Shown here: positions 1 through 10,002 of the stretch, piece after piece
Numbering within the stretch: the stretch's first letter is position 1
How the letters are laid out: each line of letters opens with the position of its first letter
Source: an uncultured Nitrososphaerota archaeon
GTDB taxonomy: Archaea; Asgardarchaeota; Njordarchaeia; Njordarchaeales; Njordarchaeaceae
Reading direction: 5' to 3'
Length of the DNA: 64,000 nucleotides
Assembly (NCBI GenBank): GCA_964518475.1
Contig: CAZFGR010000001.1
Location: 320,001-384,000, forward strand
Translations under genes and position numbers: made by a program
The notes under the pieces: generated by a model
Seen by the model: only the letters and a program-made list of their open reading frames with translations
Databases searched by the model: none
Told to the model about the DNA's origin: nothing

Positions 1-603
1 ATAGACCCAGGTGTAGGCACCGCTAGAGAACCAATTATTATGAGAACCAAAAGATATTTCTTTGTCGGTCCTAACAATGGACTTTTTAGTTTAGTTCTTG
101 AGAAAGAAGAGTTGATTGAAGTAAGAAAAATTGAGAATCCAAAATACATGTTACCAAAAGTATCCACAACATTTCACGGCCGGGATATTTTTGCACCAGC
201 TGCTGCTTATCTATCTAAAGGAGTTCCAGTAGAGAGTTTTGGATCTCTTCTCCCTTCTGACGCATTTATAAGGATTCCCTATAAGGTGGCAACTATTGAT
301 GAGCAAAATCATACATACATTGGAGAAATTTTAGCAATAGACAGTTTCGGTAATGTAATAACTAATATCCCTGGAGACGCTTTTCTTAGAAATGAAAAGT
401 ATTCCTCCAAATTCATTATCGAGATTCGTGGACATAAGCATGTTACAAGATTCGTTAAGACTTATGGTGAGGGCTCGAAAGGAGAGCTAATACTACTGAT
501 TGGGAGCCATGATTTTGTAGAGATAGCAATCAATCAAGGCTCAGCTAAAGATAGAATTCGGGCAAACGAAGGTAATGAAATAATTATCACGCGGATAGAA
601 TAG
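1..603 (+). CDS. SAM hydrolase / SAM-dependent halogenase family (DUF62), 5'-truncated
   Basis: Frame is open from base 1 (IDPGVGT..R); motifs FVGPNNG, STTFHGRDIFAPAAA, IDSFGNVITN, EIAINQG. Confidence 0.9.
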   Translation: MDPGVGTAREPIIMRTKRYFFVGPNNGLFSLVLEKEELIEVRKIENPKYMLPKVSTTFHGRDIFAPAAAYLSKGVPVESFGSLLPSDAFIRIPYKVATIDEQNHTYIGEILAIDSFGNVITNIPGDAFLRNEKYSSKFIIEIRGHKHVTRFVKTYGEGSKGELILLIGSHDFVEIAINQGSAKDRIRANEGNEIIITRIE

Positions 604-618
604 CTTACTCTTTAGCTC

Positions 619-1509
619 TTATTCTTCTTTTTCGAGATCTTTTATACTTGCGCCTCTCGATAATTTAATGAGTATATCTCTCATTTTGATAGCATCTTGT
701 TCTAATACAGGGGACTCCGATATTATCACAACTTTACTAGATTCTAACTCAAGCAGAATCTGTGCAAGAGGAATGAATTTTGGTCCCATACCTTCTCCAA
801 ATGCTCTGTGGCATCTCTCTCCTTTATCCGTAAATTCGACTTTTGTAAAATGTATATGTAATCGCCTTAATGCTTTAGCTCCAAGCTCTGTTTCGATTTT
901 TTCAAAGATTTTCTCATAGTCTCTTCTAGTATTAAGTGTTCCCCCCTCCCTAGCATGTATGTGAGCAAAGTCTAGAACTGGAATTGCCTTCTTTACTTCT
1001 TTCACAATTTCGATAATTTCATCCAGACTTCCCACTTGAGATTTTTTCCCCATAGTTTCGGGTCCAATAAGAGGCCTTAATCGTTTTTTCCGCGCAGCTC
1101 TCTCTACGTCTTTTAGAGCCTCAATTACAAGATCTAGAGCCTCCTTAGGCTTTCTTTTACCATAGTAACCAGGGTGTAATACAACAACCTCCGCATCCAT
1201 CCAATGTGCTACCTCTAGAGCCCTCAATAGCCTCTCTTTAGATGCTTCAATTACATTTTCCTTCTCTGAACTAAAGTTTATTGCGTATGGGGCATGGAGC
1301 GATAATACGATATCGTTCTTCTTTGCTTCCTCTTTTAACATGCTAGCTTTTTCTTTTGTAATATTTATTTGCCGAACCTGTTGCACCTCCAGAGCGTTTA
1401 GTCCCATTTCTCTTAGTGCCTCTGGTACTTTTGTTAGATCTCCAGTAAAGCCTATGGGCTTCCCCGCAGGTCCAAATCGTATTCGCCATAGAAGATTCGA
1501 AATTCTCAT
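619..1509 (-). CDS. Endonuclease IV / AP endonuclease family TIM-barrel protein
   Basis: HAPYAIN, HPG, ETMGK, DFAHIHAR, HIHF and ESP metal-binding motifs. Confidence 0.85.
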   Translation of the reverse strand: MRISNLLWRIRFGPAGKPIGFTGDLTKVPEALREMGLNALEVQQVRQINITKEKASMLKEEAKKNDIVLSLHAPYAINFSSEKENVIEASKERLLRALEVAHWMDAEVVVLHPGYYGKRKPKEALDLVIEALKDVERAARKKRLRPLIGPETMGKKSQVGSLDEIIEIVKEVKKAIPVLDFAHIHAREGGTLNTRRDYEKIFEKIETELGAKALRRLHIHFTKVEFTDKGERCHRAFGEGMGPKFIPLAQILLELESSKVVIISESPVLEQDAIKMRDILIKLSRGASIKDLEKEE

Positions 1510-1721
1510 TTTTAACGCCTTTAAATTGTTCTGAAAACCAAAGCATTATCTATAATTTCGATCTTAGCGTTTAACTATATGTACATGATTATTTTTGAAG
1601 GGACTATATTCTAGATTGACGCAGCTACGATTCTATTTATAATTATATTCATTTTTAATGACAAAACTTATGTATTCATATGTATTCATACAGTGGTACT
1701 ATGAGAGGAGGCACTTGTAAA

Positions 1722-2765
1722 ATGCAAAATGCTGATTTAGACAATGTAAAAAACGTGCTTATTGCTTCATCATTAACAATTTTATCAGTTCTACTATTGT
1801 TAGTGGGAGTTAACATAATTTACAACTTTCAATTTTCCCCAAATATTCTGAGAAATACATTCGCACTTAGTATATTACGATTAGGCCTGGGTGTCTTACT
1901 GATAAGTTTAGTAGTTTTAGCGTTAGGTTTAATAACAGGTGCGTTGGAAAATTATCAACTTGCCTTAAAGATTGGAACAATTTTTATTACCCTAGTAGGG
2001 ATAGGCAATTTCCTCACTTGGCTATCAGAGAATCTGTCTTCCATTTCATCACCGTCACTACAGTTGTTACCGATAGCTAGTTGCATAGCTATTGTTGCGG
2101 CAGGGATTTATGGTCTAAAACATTCGGGGACAGTTTCAGAATCCAAACTGAAGCCAACAATTGCGGTGCTCTCTCTTATTTTTGTAGCAATGCTTATTGA
2201 AGCCTCTTATAGATATCTACAATCAGCCCCTCCAATAAATGACTTTGTTAGTATAATCTACTATTTCAGTACCAAATTATTCGAGACTAGTATAACAAAT
2301 ATTCTCTACATTCCCTTTGGTGGATTTCTAGCATTTTTTAGCCTAATTTTCGGTTTGCTAGGTTTTATAGTTGCTCAGCGAAAAAGCGGTTTGAGCCACA
2401 GTATAGTAGCAAAAGTATTTCTAGCGTTCTCTTCCATACTCGTGATTACTGGCGCACTTCTTTCAACGGTTATTAACGTTCCAGAATTAATAAGCAAAGT
2501 GCTCGTGGATATTATTGGGGTGGTGAATTACGATTCAAATTTGATGAAAATATTTTTATCAATAATCCTTGCCACGGATTTCTTATTGTTAATAGTTTCT
2601 ATAAGCTGGACGTTCCTAATCCACTATAAAGTAACTCCGCTAGTAAGGGAAGCACCTACGCTGGAAGAAACCATTGAAGAGACGGCTATTTCGGAGGAAA
2701 TATCAGAAGAAAAAGAAGAGGAAATATCGCTTGAGAATCTAGAAGACTTCGAACTGAAGATTTAA
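1722..2765 (+). CDS. Polytopic membrane protein with acidic C-terminal tail
   Basis: About 8-9 hydrophobic segments; GAGGAGG RBS before ATG 1722. Confidence 0.7.
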   Translation: MQNADLDNVKNVLIASSLTILSVLLLLVGVNIIYNFQFSPNILRNTFALSILRLGLGVLLISLVVLALGLITGALENYQLALKIGTIFITLVGIGNFLTWLSENLSSISSPSLQLLPIASCIAIVAAGIYGLKHSGTVSESKLKPTIAVLSLIFVAMLIEASYRYLQSAPPINDFVSIIYYFSTKLFETSITNILYIPFGGFLAFFSLIFGLLGFIVAQRKSGLSHSIVAKVFLAFSSILVITGALLSTVINVPELISKVLVDIIGVVNYDSNLMKIFLSIILATDFLLLIVSISWTFLIHYKVTPLVREAPTLEETIEETAISEEISEEKEEEISLENLEDFELKI

Positions 2766-2791
2766 TATACATTCGAAATCAATAAGTAGTC

Positions 2792-3250
2792 ATGAGGCTA
2801 GGAAAGTTGGGTGGTACGTTGATATTTATCGAGACAGAAAAGGATCATTATTCAAAATTTTTCTTGATAAAAGGGAATAAAAAAGAAATAAACAAATTAT
2901 TAAAGGCAGTGAAAGCGATTTTCAAAGAGCCCTCTACAGAAAAGTTTCTTACTCAGATAAACAATCTCTTTGAAGAACTAAAAAATAAATGCATAAAAGA
3001 TGTAGAGAAATTCCCCTTTATATCCGCGAATCCTATAGGAGAAGCAAAAGCTATTGTACTCAACTACAATAGACTTCCCGAGAATTTATACGCTATAACA
3101 ATTTCTAAACGCGTATGGCAAAATCCTAAAGATCCTAGTGAGAAACAAATATCTATTGAAACCCAAGTAATAGATCATAGGGGTATTCTTACGTCTTTTC
3201 AGCGTGTATTAATTATGAAAGGTAATGTCTTATTTGATGCAAAATTTTAG
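2792..3250 (+). CDS. Hypothetical protein
   Basis: 152-aa ORF with typical composition; start uncertain. Confidence 0.55.
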   Translation: MRLGKLGGTLIFIETEKDHYSKFFLIKGNKKEINKLLKAVKAIFKEPSTEKFLTQINNLFEELKNKCIKDVEKFPFISANPIGEAKAIVLNYNRLPENLYAITISKRVWQNPKDPSEKQISIETQVIDHRGILTSFQRVLIMKGNVLFDAKF

Positions 3251-3253
3251 CTC

Positions 3254-3763
3254 CTATCTTTTTTCTTCAAAGATTTCTTCTAAGAATTTATATACCCCGT
3301 CCCAAGCTTCCTCTAAATTTTTCCCAACAATTATTGCATCTAGATTTTTATATCTTGATTTCTTTATTGGGTCGGGTTCTTCATCGATACCAGCAAAAGC
3401 TGTAAGAACTCCAGGAAATAGTCTTTTGAAAATCTTAGCCGCTTCTTCAGCATCATCAATAGTTGATCTTTTAGCATTACCATCAACGAAGAAAATTACA
3501 AAAGGTTTTTCTCGAGGCGATGCTCGCTTATAGATCACTACCCCTACACGCTCTAACGCTCTTTTAAGAACGTTTCTTTTAATTCCGGAAGTATCTAATA
3601 ATCCTCCTTCAATCCAGGATCTTAGTATTTTTCCCCTATCCACTTTATACGCTCCTAGGAGCTTCACATCTTGTTGAAGGAACTCTTCTTTGAATCCATA
3701 CATTATCTCTTTCTCTAAATCATTCCTAATCGATTCCTTAGGCTTCTTCTTCAAATCTAACAC
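3254..3763 (-). CDS. Hypothetical protein
   Basis: 169-aa ORF, last gene of the minus-strand run from nnr. Confidence 0.6.
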   Translation of the reverse strand: MLDLKKKPKESIRNDLEKEIMYGFKEEFLQQDVKLLGAYKVDRGKILRSWIEGGLLDTSGIKRNVLKRALERVGVVIYKRASPREKPFVIFFVDGNAKRSTIDDAEEAAKIFKRLFPGVLTAFAGIDEEPDPIKKSRYKNLDAIIVGKNLEEAWDGVYKFLEEIFEEKR

Positions 3764-3770
3764 CCACGTA

Positions 3771-4094
3771 TTAGGGAATATTCTTCCTCAATAACACTTT
3801 TCCTTTACATAAGACATTGATAACTTTTATTTTTTCTGGGATCCCTGTGATCCTTATCTCAAACTTTTTAACCGCTATACACTGAACACAAATCTCCCCG
3901 GAATACTCTAATTTTATTTTGATATCAAGGCAATCGTTTATTACTTCATAGCTAACTAAAACCTTATAGCATGGATTAGGTAAGTTGATTATCCCTTGTA
4001 AGATTGTTTCTCTTCTATTAATTGATACAGCGTCGATTTTTTCCTCCACGACATTTCCACAAAATGTTTTCTCCTCAATGACGTTTATTTTCAT
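3771..4094 (-). CDS. Small beta-rich hypothetical protein (PrcB C-terminal-like PNPCY...CxQ pattern)
   Basis: Overlaps the nnr stop by 4 nt; LPNPCY and ICVQCI motifs. Confidence 0.55.
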   Translation of the reverse strand: MKINVIEEKTFCGNVVEEKIDAVSINRRETILQGIINLPNPCYKVLVSYEVINDCLDIKIKLEYSGEICVQCIAVKKFEIRITGIPEKIKVINVLCKGKVLLRKNIP

Positions 4095-5629
4095 GACTCA
4101 GTAAACCTCCTCACGAAACTTAGCGCTTTTGGAACGTTTTCTATTACATCAGTTGCAAGCAATTCATAACCTTTTTCTTTGTACGCAAAATCACCAGCAA
4201 GTCCAGTAATAAAAGTTCCAGCAACCGCTGATCTAAACAAATCCTCAGAGATAGCACAAAACGCGGCTATAACTCCCGCCAGCACATCACCCGTCCCACC
4301 AACAGTCATTCCTGGATTACCCGTTAGGTTATACTTGATCCTCTCCCCATCAGACACTATATCTATTCTCCCCTTTAATACGATTACCGACTTTACCTCC
4401 CTAGCTTTCCTCTTGACAATTTCTCCTCGCTCTTTCAGTTCTGTAGGAACTTCTTCATTAAATAATAGGTAAAATTCTCTAGCATGCGGAGTAAGAATCT
4501 TCTTTCCACCTTCCGGTAAACCTTTTCTAGCCGCGCTTTTAAGCGCATCTGCATCAATTATTAACGGTTTCTCCATGTCACAAAAAATCCTTATCAATTC
4601 TCCTGCCGCGTCCAAACTTTCTTCAGTTAGTCCTATTCCCGGCCCTATAAGTATTACATCAAATTTTTCAATAAATCCTGGATCCGCGAGCTCCTTTATG
4701 TGATCATGACTAAGGTACTTGCCAGGCAGGCTTTTCACTATTAAATTTGGTGAAAAACTTCTTATTATGTTTCCGACAGCTTCTGGTGCAGCTATTACTA
4801 CTAGGTCAGCTCCAGCTCTGAGAGATGCTAATCCAGCTAAAGCAGGAGCTCCCGAAAAATCTTTACTTCCTCCAATTATCAAAATTCTTCCAAAATCTCC
4901 TTTATGACTCCACTCATCTCTCCTAACAAGTTTTCTTATGGCCAGTACATCTCCGGGCCCGGCGAATTCTTCTGCTTCCGGGGGTATTCCTATCTTTTTG
5001 ACTACGACCTCTCCTCCAACTCCCTTTTCAAGTCCCTTTTTAGAGCTATGAAAAGTTATTGTAATATCTGAATGAACAATGGGACCAACAGCTTTACCAA
5101 TATAGCAATCTAAACCGCTTGGAACATCAATAGAGATTACCAGAATATTCTTTCTTTCCTTGATCTCATTTATTAGAAAGATCGCTTTCCTAGGTAGTCC
5201 TCTTACTTGTCCTCTCAAACCCACACCTAATATAGCGTCAACTATTATTTCAGCGTTTTCCAGATATTCCTTAATGTTCAATAACTCTTCGGAATCTCTT
5301 ACTTCGATAAGTTTAACTGAGAGAGCTAGATTCTTGACAATTTCTGCATTCTCCCTAGCGGCTGAGCTCTTAATCCATTCTATTCGTCCAAGGAGGATCA
5401 CTGTAACATCATACCCGTAACCAGCAAGATGTCTAGCGGCTACGAAACCGTCGCCTCCGTTGTTTCCGAGTCCAGCTACGATCACTATTCGTTTTTTTGA
5501 TGGAAATTTATTCCATATGAAGTCTGCTACTGCTTTTCCAGCATTTTCCATTAATAGTCTAGTGTCAATGCCTAAGAACTTGGAGTTAATATCTAGTGCG
5601 TATACGTCTTCCGGTCTTAATAACTTCAT
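4091..5629 (-). CDS. nnr: Bifunctional NAD(P)H-hydrate epimerase/dehydratase (YjeF, NnrE-NnrD)
   Basis: LMENAG, GNNGGDG, DVPSG, SHKGDFG, DADAL, TPHAREF, GGTGDVLAG. Confidence 0.95.
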   Translation of the reverse strand: MKLLRPEDVYALDINSKFLGIDTRLLMENAGKAVADFIWNKFPSKKRIVIVAGLGNNGGDGFVAARHLAGYGYDVTVILLGRIEWIKSSAARENAEIVKNLALSVKLIEVRDSEELLNIKEYLENAEIIVDAILGVGLRGQVRGLPRKAIFLINEIKERKNILVISIDVPSGLDCYIGKAVGPIVHSDITITFHSSKKGLEKGVGGEVVVKKIGIPPEAEEFAGPGDVLAIRKLVRRDEWSHKGDFGRILIIGGSKDFSGAPALAGLASLRAGADLVVIAAPEAVGNIIRSFSPNLIVKSLPGKYLSHDHIKELADPGFIEKFDVILIGPGIGLTEESLDAAGELIRIFCDMEKPLIIDADALKSAARKGLPEGGKKILTPHAREFYLLFNEEVPTELKERGEIVKRKAREVKSVIVLKGRIDIVSDGERIKYNLTGNPGMTVGGTGDVLAGVIAAFCAISEDLFRSAVAGTFITGLAGDFAYKEKGYELLATDVIENVPKALSFVRRFTES

Positions 5630-5686
5630 TGCAGTAACCTTAGCTAACTTTTTATATTACTCCCAGTACTGAGCTTATTTTAGTTT

Positions 5687-5748
5687 AGGGATGATGATGC
5701 GAACAGCCGGCGAAGCACATAAATGAGCGGAATGATTTTCACTGACCT
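5687..5748 (+). ncRNA. Box C/D guide sRNA; D' guide complementary to the 23S rRNA A-loop (Um2552 equivalent)
   Basis: C ATGATGA 5691-5697, guide GCGAACAGCCG, D' GCGA 5710-5713, C' TAAATGA 5720-5726, D CTGA 5742-5745; AGG/CCT terminal stem; intergenic. Confidence 0.8.
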
Positions 5749-5841
5749 CTGCGTATGAACACTATAAATATATCAGAAGATTCTATGTAGAATTTGAACA
5801 CCACCTCTTTTCTCTTAAGAAACCCGACAAGGTGAGGAGAT

Positions 5842-7188
5842 TTGTCTAGCAAAGCAAGAAGAAAAGTAATCATAATGGGTGCTGCTGGCAGAGACTTCCA
5901 TAACTTCAACGTATTTTTTAGAAATAATCCTGACTATGAAGTTGTAGCCTTTACAGCTGCTCAAATACCTGGGATAACGGGACGTAAATATCCTCCCGAG
6001 CTGGCAGGCCCACTGTATCCAGAGGGAATTCCTATTTATCCAGAGGAGGAACTACCAGAGCTTATAAAAAAGTATAATGTAGATCTCGTAGTTTTCTCGT
6101 ATAGTGATGTCTCTCATCAGTATATTATGGAGAGAGCAGCTATTGCTCAAGCTAATGGCGCGAGTTTTATGTTATTAGGTCCAAAGGATACAATGTTAGA
6201 AGCAGAGGTTCCTGTTATTGCTGTTGGAGCCATAAGAACGGGTTGTGGAAAATCTACAGTAAGTAGGAAAATTGCACGGATTCTTAAAGAAAAAGGCCTA
6301 AAGGTAGTGGCTGTCAGGCATCCAATGCCTTATGGAGATCTAAGAGAACAAATCATACAACGATTCGCAACATTTGAGGATCTAGATCGCTACAACGTCA
6401 CTTTCGAAGAGAGAGAAGAGTATGAGCATTATATAGAAAACGGTTTCGTTGTCTATGCTGGTGTTGATTATGAGAAAATCCTTCAGGAGGCACAGAAGGA
6501 AGCAGATATTATACTCTGGGACGGAGGTAACAATGACTTTCCTTTCTATCGTCCAGACCTATTCATAGTGGTGGCTGATGCTTTGAGACCTGGCCATGAA
6601 TTAACTTACTGGCCGGGATCTGTTAATATTAGAATGGCTGACGTCGTAATAATAAATAAAGTGGTTGAAGCAGATTTAAAGGCTGTTAAGCAAGTTGAAG
6701 AGAACGTCAGAAAGGTGAACCCCGAAGCAAGAATCATCCTAGGGGCATCCGCGCTTTTCGTGGAAAAACCAGAATTAGTTAGCGGCAAACGAGTTATTGT
6801 TGTAGAGGATGGCCCTACCGTATTGCATGGTGAAATGCCGTATGGCGCTGGATATGTAGCTGCTCTTAGATATGGTGCTAAAGAAATCATTGATCCTAGA
6901 AAATATGTTAAACCAGGAACTGATCTTGCCAAGGCCTACAAAGAGTATCCCCATATGGGTCCCGTATTGCCTACTCTCGGATATACGGAGAAGGAGAAAA
7001 AGGAATTAGAAGAAGTAATTAATGCTATAGATGCTGATACTGTCGTAAGCGGTACTCCCATAGATCTGTCTAGAGTATTAAAAGTGAATAAGCCAATTGT
7101 AAGAGTTCGTTACGAATTAGTAGAAGTAGGCAGACCTACACTAGGACAAATAATTGATGAATTCCTAGAAAAGCATGGTCTTAGATAA
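5842..7188 (+). CDS. COG2403 P-loop protein (cyclic 2,3-diphosphoglycerate synthetase-like; probable arginine synthetase ArcE)
   Basis: GAAGRDFHNFN, RTGCGKS, RHPMPYG, EEREEYE, WDGGNND, EDGPT. Confidence 0.8.
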   Translation: MSSKARRKVIIMGAAGRDFHNFNVFFRNNPDYEVVAFTAAQIPGITGRKYPPELAGPLYPEGIPIYPEEELPELIKKYNVDLVVFSYSDVSHQYIMERAAIAQANGASFMLLGPKDTMLEAEVPVIAVGAIRTGCGKSTVSRKIARILKEKGLKVVAVRHPMPYGDLREQIIQRFATFEDLDRYNVTFEEREEYEHYIENGFVVYAGVDYEKILQEAQKEADIILWDGGNNDFPFYRPDLFIVVADALRPGHELTYWPGSVNIRMADVVIINKVVEADLKAVKQVEENVRKVNPEARIILGASALFVEKPELVSGKRVIVVEDGPTVLHGEMPYGAGYVAALRYGAKEIIDPRKYVKPGTDLAKAYKEYPHMGPVLPTLGYTEKEKKELEEVINAIDADTVVSGTPIDLSRVLKVNKPIVRVRYELVEVGRPTLGQIIDEFLEKHGLR

Positions 7189-7341
7189 GCAACAGAATCT
7201 CTATTTTATGCTACCTTTGTAACTCTTTTTCTAACATTCTTTTTCTTCATTACGTGTAACGATACTTTCTAGAGTTTCGTTCCAGTGAGAGATAGCTAAT
7301 TTTTATTTACCAAAACATTGGAATATCAAAAGAAATTAGAA

Positions 7342-9759
7342 TTAGAAAATGATACCTATCTTTATTCTCTTGCCCTCTATTATCTGCGTTTCGTTACTTG
7401 GTTCCCCATAAACGATCTCCTTAACCTTATGCATTCCTCTAAGATCAATTTCGAAGCCTTTCAGTTCTTCTGGCAGGTAAAGCTTTTTAACTGGATGTTT
7501 AAGCGACAATCCTTTGTCTTTCTTTGCTTTCCATATTAGAGAATTGACTTCTGTTATTAATTTTGTATAATTTAGAAGTTCCTTATCATATCTAGAAGGT
7601 TCTGGAAATTCCTCTAGATGTATTGTTTTGCCGTATAATTTTCGGTAAATATAGTCTGTGATGAAAGGTGTTACTGGTGCGAGCAATTTAAGAATTATCT
7701 TAAGCACTTGATGCAATGTCCACCAAGCTCCTTTTTGCTTTCTTTCATCAACTAAGTTACCGCTTGCACGGGATTTCACAAGCTCAATATAGTGATCCGC
7801 GAACAGTTCCCAAGCAAAAGTCTTCACAAAGTTTGCTCCAAAGAAATCGAGCCTTTCATAGTGCTCTTTAACGATTTCTATTGTTTTGTTTGCCTCAGCG
7901 AGTATCCATCTATCTGTTAGTAGCAAATCGGTTTCTTCGTAATTCGGTTCTGGGAACATAGATACAAATCGAGCAATACTGTATAGTTTTTGTATGAATT
8001 TAGCCATGCCTTCAACTTTTCTTTCTGAAAAACGGATATCACTTCCAAGCATAGCTTCGCAAGCACCGAACAAGCGTAAAGCATCCGCGCCATATTTCTC
8101 AATTAGTGGTTTTGGATAAATAATGTTACCCGCCGATTTAGACATCTTCCTGCCCTGCTCATCCATGACGAGGCCAGATATCCAGACATATTTAAATGCT
8201 GGTTTACCCGTTAATTGGTAAACTCTTAGAAGCGTATAATATAGCCATGTTCTAACAATCTCTTTTCCTTGAGGTCTTAGACTCACTGGAAATGCTTTTT
8301 TAAATAAATTCTCATCACGCATGTAGCCAGAGACATATAAGGCTGAAATACTACTATCAAACCACGTATCAAAAGTTCGTTTTTCTCCTCTAAATTTCTC
8401 AGAACTGCATTTAGGACACTTATTAATCGGTGGCTTATCCTTCCAAGGAATATAATATTTACCAGGTTCAGGAACGATAATGTATCCACAGTTTTCACAA
8501 TACCATAGTGGTATTTCAGTGCCGTAGTAACGCCTTCTAGAAATCGGCCAGTCGGTGGCTATTGACGATAGCCAATTATCTAGAATACTCTTATTCTCTG
8601 GAGGGAAAAATTTAATTTCCTCTGAAATCTTTTTGAGACCGTCAACGAAATCTAATTGCTTTAAGTACCATTCCTTCATCACAATGAACTCTATCGCCGT
8701 TTTACAGCGCCAACAGATAGGAACTTTGTGTTTGATAATTTCTTCCTTAATCACTAGTCCTAAGGCTTTAAGATCATTAATTATTTGTTCTCTCGCCTTT
8801 TTTACGGGTAATCCCTTATACTTACCAGCAAGCTCGGATAATGTGCCCTCCTCAGTAATCACTTTGATTGGTTCTAAACCAAGCTCCCTAAATAACCGGA
8901 CATCAGTGTAGTCTCCAAAAGAACATAACATCATTGCTCCAGTACCGAATTCTGGTTTTGCTTCATGATGAGGGATAATAGGCACTTCCTTTTTGTATAT
9001 GGGAACTATGGCATGCTTACCATGTAAATGCTTATAGCGGTCGTCCTCTGGATGAACAAGAATAGCAGCACATCCTGCTAATAGTTCTGGCCTAGTCGTT
9101 GCTATTATTAATTCCTCATCCGTTTCCTTCACTTTAAACTTTATATAAACTAATAGTGTTTCTTCTTCCCGGTACTCTACTTCGGCATCTGCTAGAGTAG
9201 TTCTACAACGAGGACACCAATTATTAGCTCTCTCATCTTCATATATTAGACCTCTCTTAAACAGTTCAATAAATGTTGCTTGTGTAATCGCACGGTATTC
9301 TGGCGAATCTGTCCGATACACTTCTTTCGGATCCAAAGAATTCATACTAAAACCTAGTCTCTTAGAAATTTCCAGAATCTCTTTTTCGTACTTATCTAGG
9401 AGCTTACGGCATAAATTAAGGAATTCCTCTCTTGGAGTCTCATACATGCGAATATTGTAGAGTTTCTCCACCTGAACTTCAACAGGTAACCCATTTCTGT
9501 CAATTCCCATAGGAAACAATACTTCAAAACCTTTCATTCTCATGTACCGTGCAATCATATCTATTTGACTATAATGAACAGCAAAGCCCACATGCGGCGT
9601 TCCTGATGCGTATGGTGGAGGCGTATCTATAGAGAAAATGGGTTTTTTGGTCTCTTTGTTAAACCGGTAAATACCTTCTTCTTCCCATTTAGCGATGAGC
9701 TCTTCTTCTTTCTCGACGTCCCATCTTTTTTCGCGCAGCTTCGGCTCGAAACGCGACAA
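7342..9759 (-). CDS. valS: Valine--tRNA ligase
   Basis: DTPPPY, HVGF (HIGH), KMSKS, ATTRPE, DTWFDSS, RPQG. Confidence 0.95.
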   Translation of the reverse strand: MSRFEPKLREKRWDVEKEEELIAKWEEEGIYRFNKETKKPIFSIDTPPPYASGTPHVGFAVHYSQIDMIARYMRMKGFEVLFPMGIDRNGLPVEVQVEKLYNIRMYETPREEFLNLCRKLLDKYEKEILEISKRLGFSMNSLDPKEVYRTDSPEYRAITQATFIELFKRGLIYEDERANNWCPRCRTTLADAEVEYREEETLLVYIKFKVKETDEELIIATTRPELLAGCAAILVHPEDDRYKHLHGKHAIVPIYKKEVPIIPHHEAKPEFGTGAMMLCSFGDYTDVRLFRELGLEPIKVITEEGTLSELAGKYKGLPVKKAREQIINDLKALGLVIKEEIIKHKVPICWRCKTAIEFIVMKEWYLKQLDFVDGLKKISEEIKFFPPENKSILDNWLSSIATDWPISRRRYYGTEIPLWYCENCGYIIVPEPGKYYIPWKDKPPINKCPKCSSEKFRGEKRTFDTWFDSSISALYVSGYMRDENLFKKAFPVSLRPQGKEIVRTWLYYTLLRVYQLTGKPAFKYVWISGLVMDEQGRKMSKSAGNIIYPKPLIEKYGADALRLFGACEAMLGSDIRFSERKVEGMAKFIQKLYSIARFVSMFPEPNYEETDLLLTDRWILAEANKTIEIVKEHYERLDFFGANFVKTFAWELFADHYIELVKSRASGNLVDERKQKGAWWTLHQVLKIILKLLAPVTPFITDYIYRKLYGKTIHLEEFPEPSRYDKELLNYTKLITEVNSLIWKAKKDKGLSLKHPVKKLYLPEELKGFEIDLRGMHKVKEIVYGEPSNETQIIEGKRIKIGIIF

Positions 9760-10002
9760 TAAGCATCACCAGTTATCTAGGGAATGAGAACTTTTCTACA
9801 TTTTTTAGCATGGTAATCATTACAGAATCTACACTTTAAGACCTCTCTTATAATATATTTTTTTCGCGTAAAACTAATCAAAAATTTCCACATACTTTCT
9901 TAAAAAGTGAATAAAGCTAATTTTTCTCCCGTGAATCACTCAAGATAAGATTATAATCACCATTAAGCAGACTGTATGTAGTATGATATATTTACTTAAG
10001 GG

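Noticed and set aside
1669-1690. Tandem 10-bp duplication (TGTATTCATA x2)
   Set aside because: Only two AT-rich copies in a promoter region, with no supportable function.
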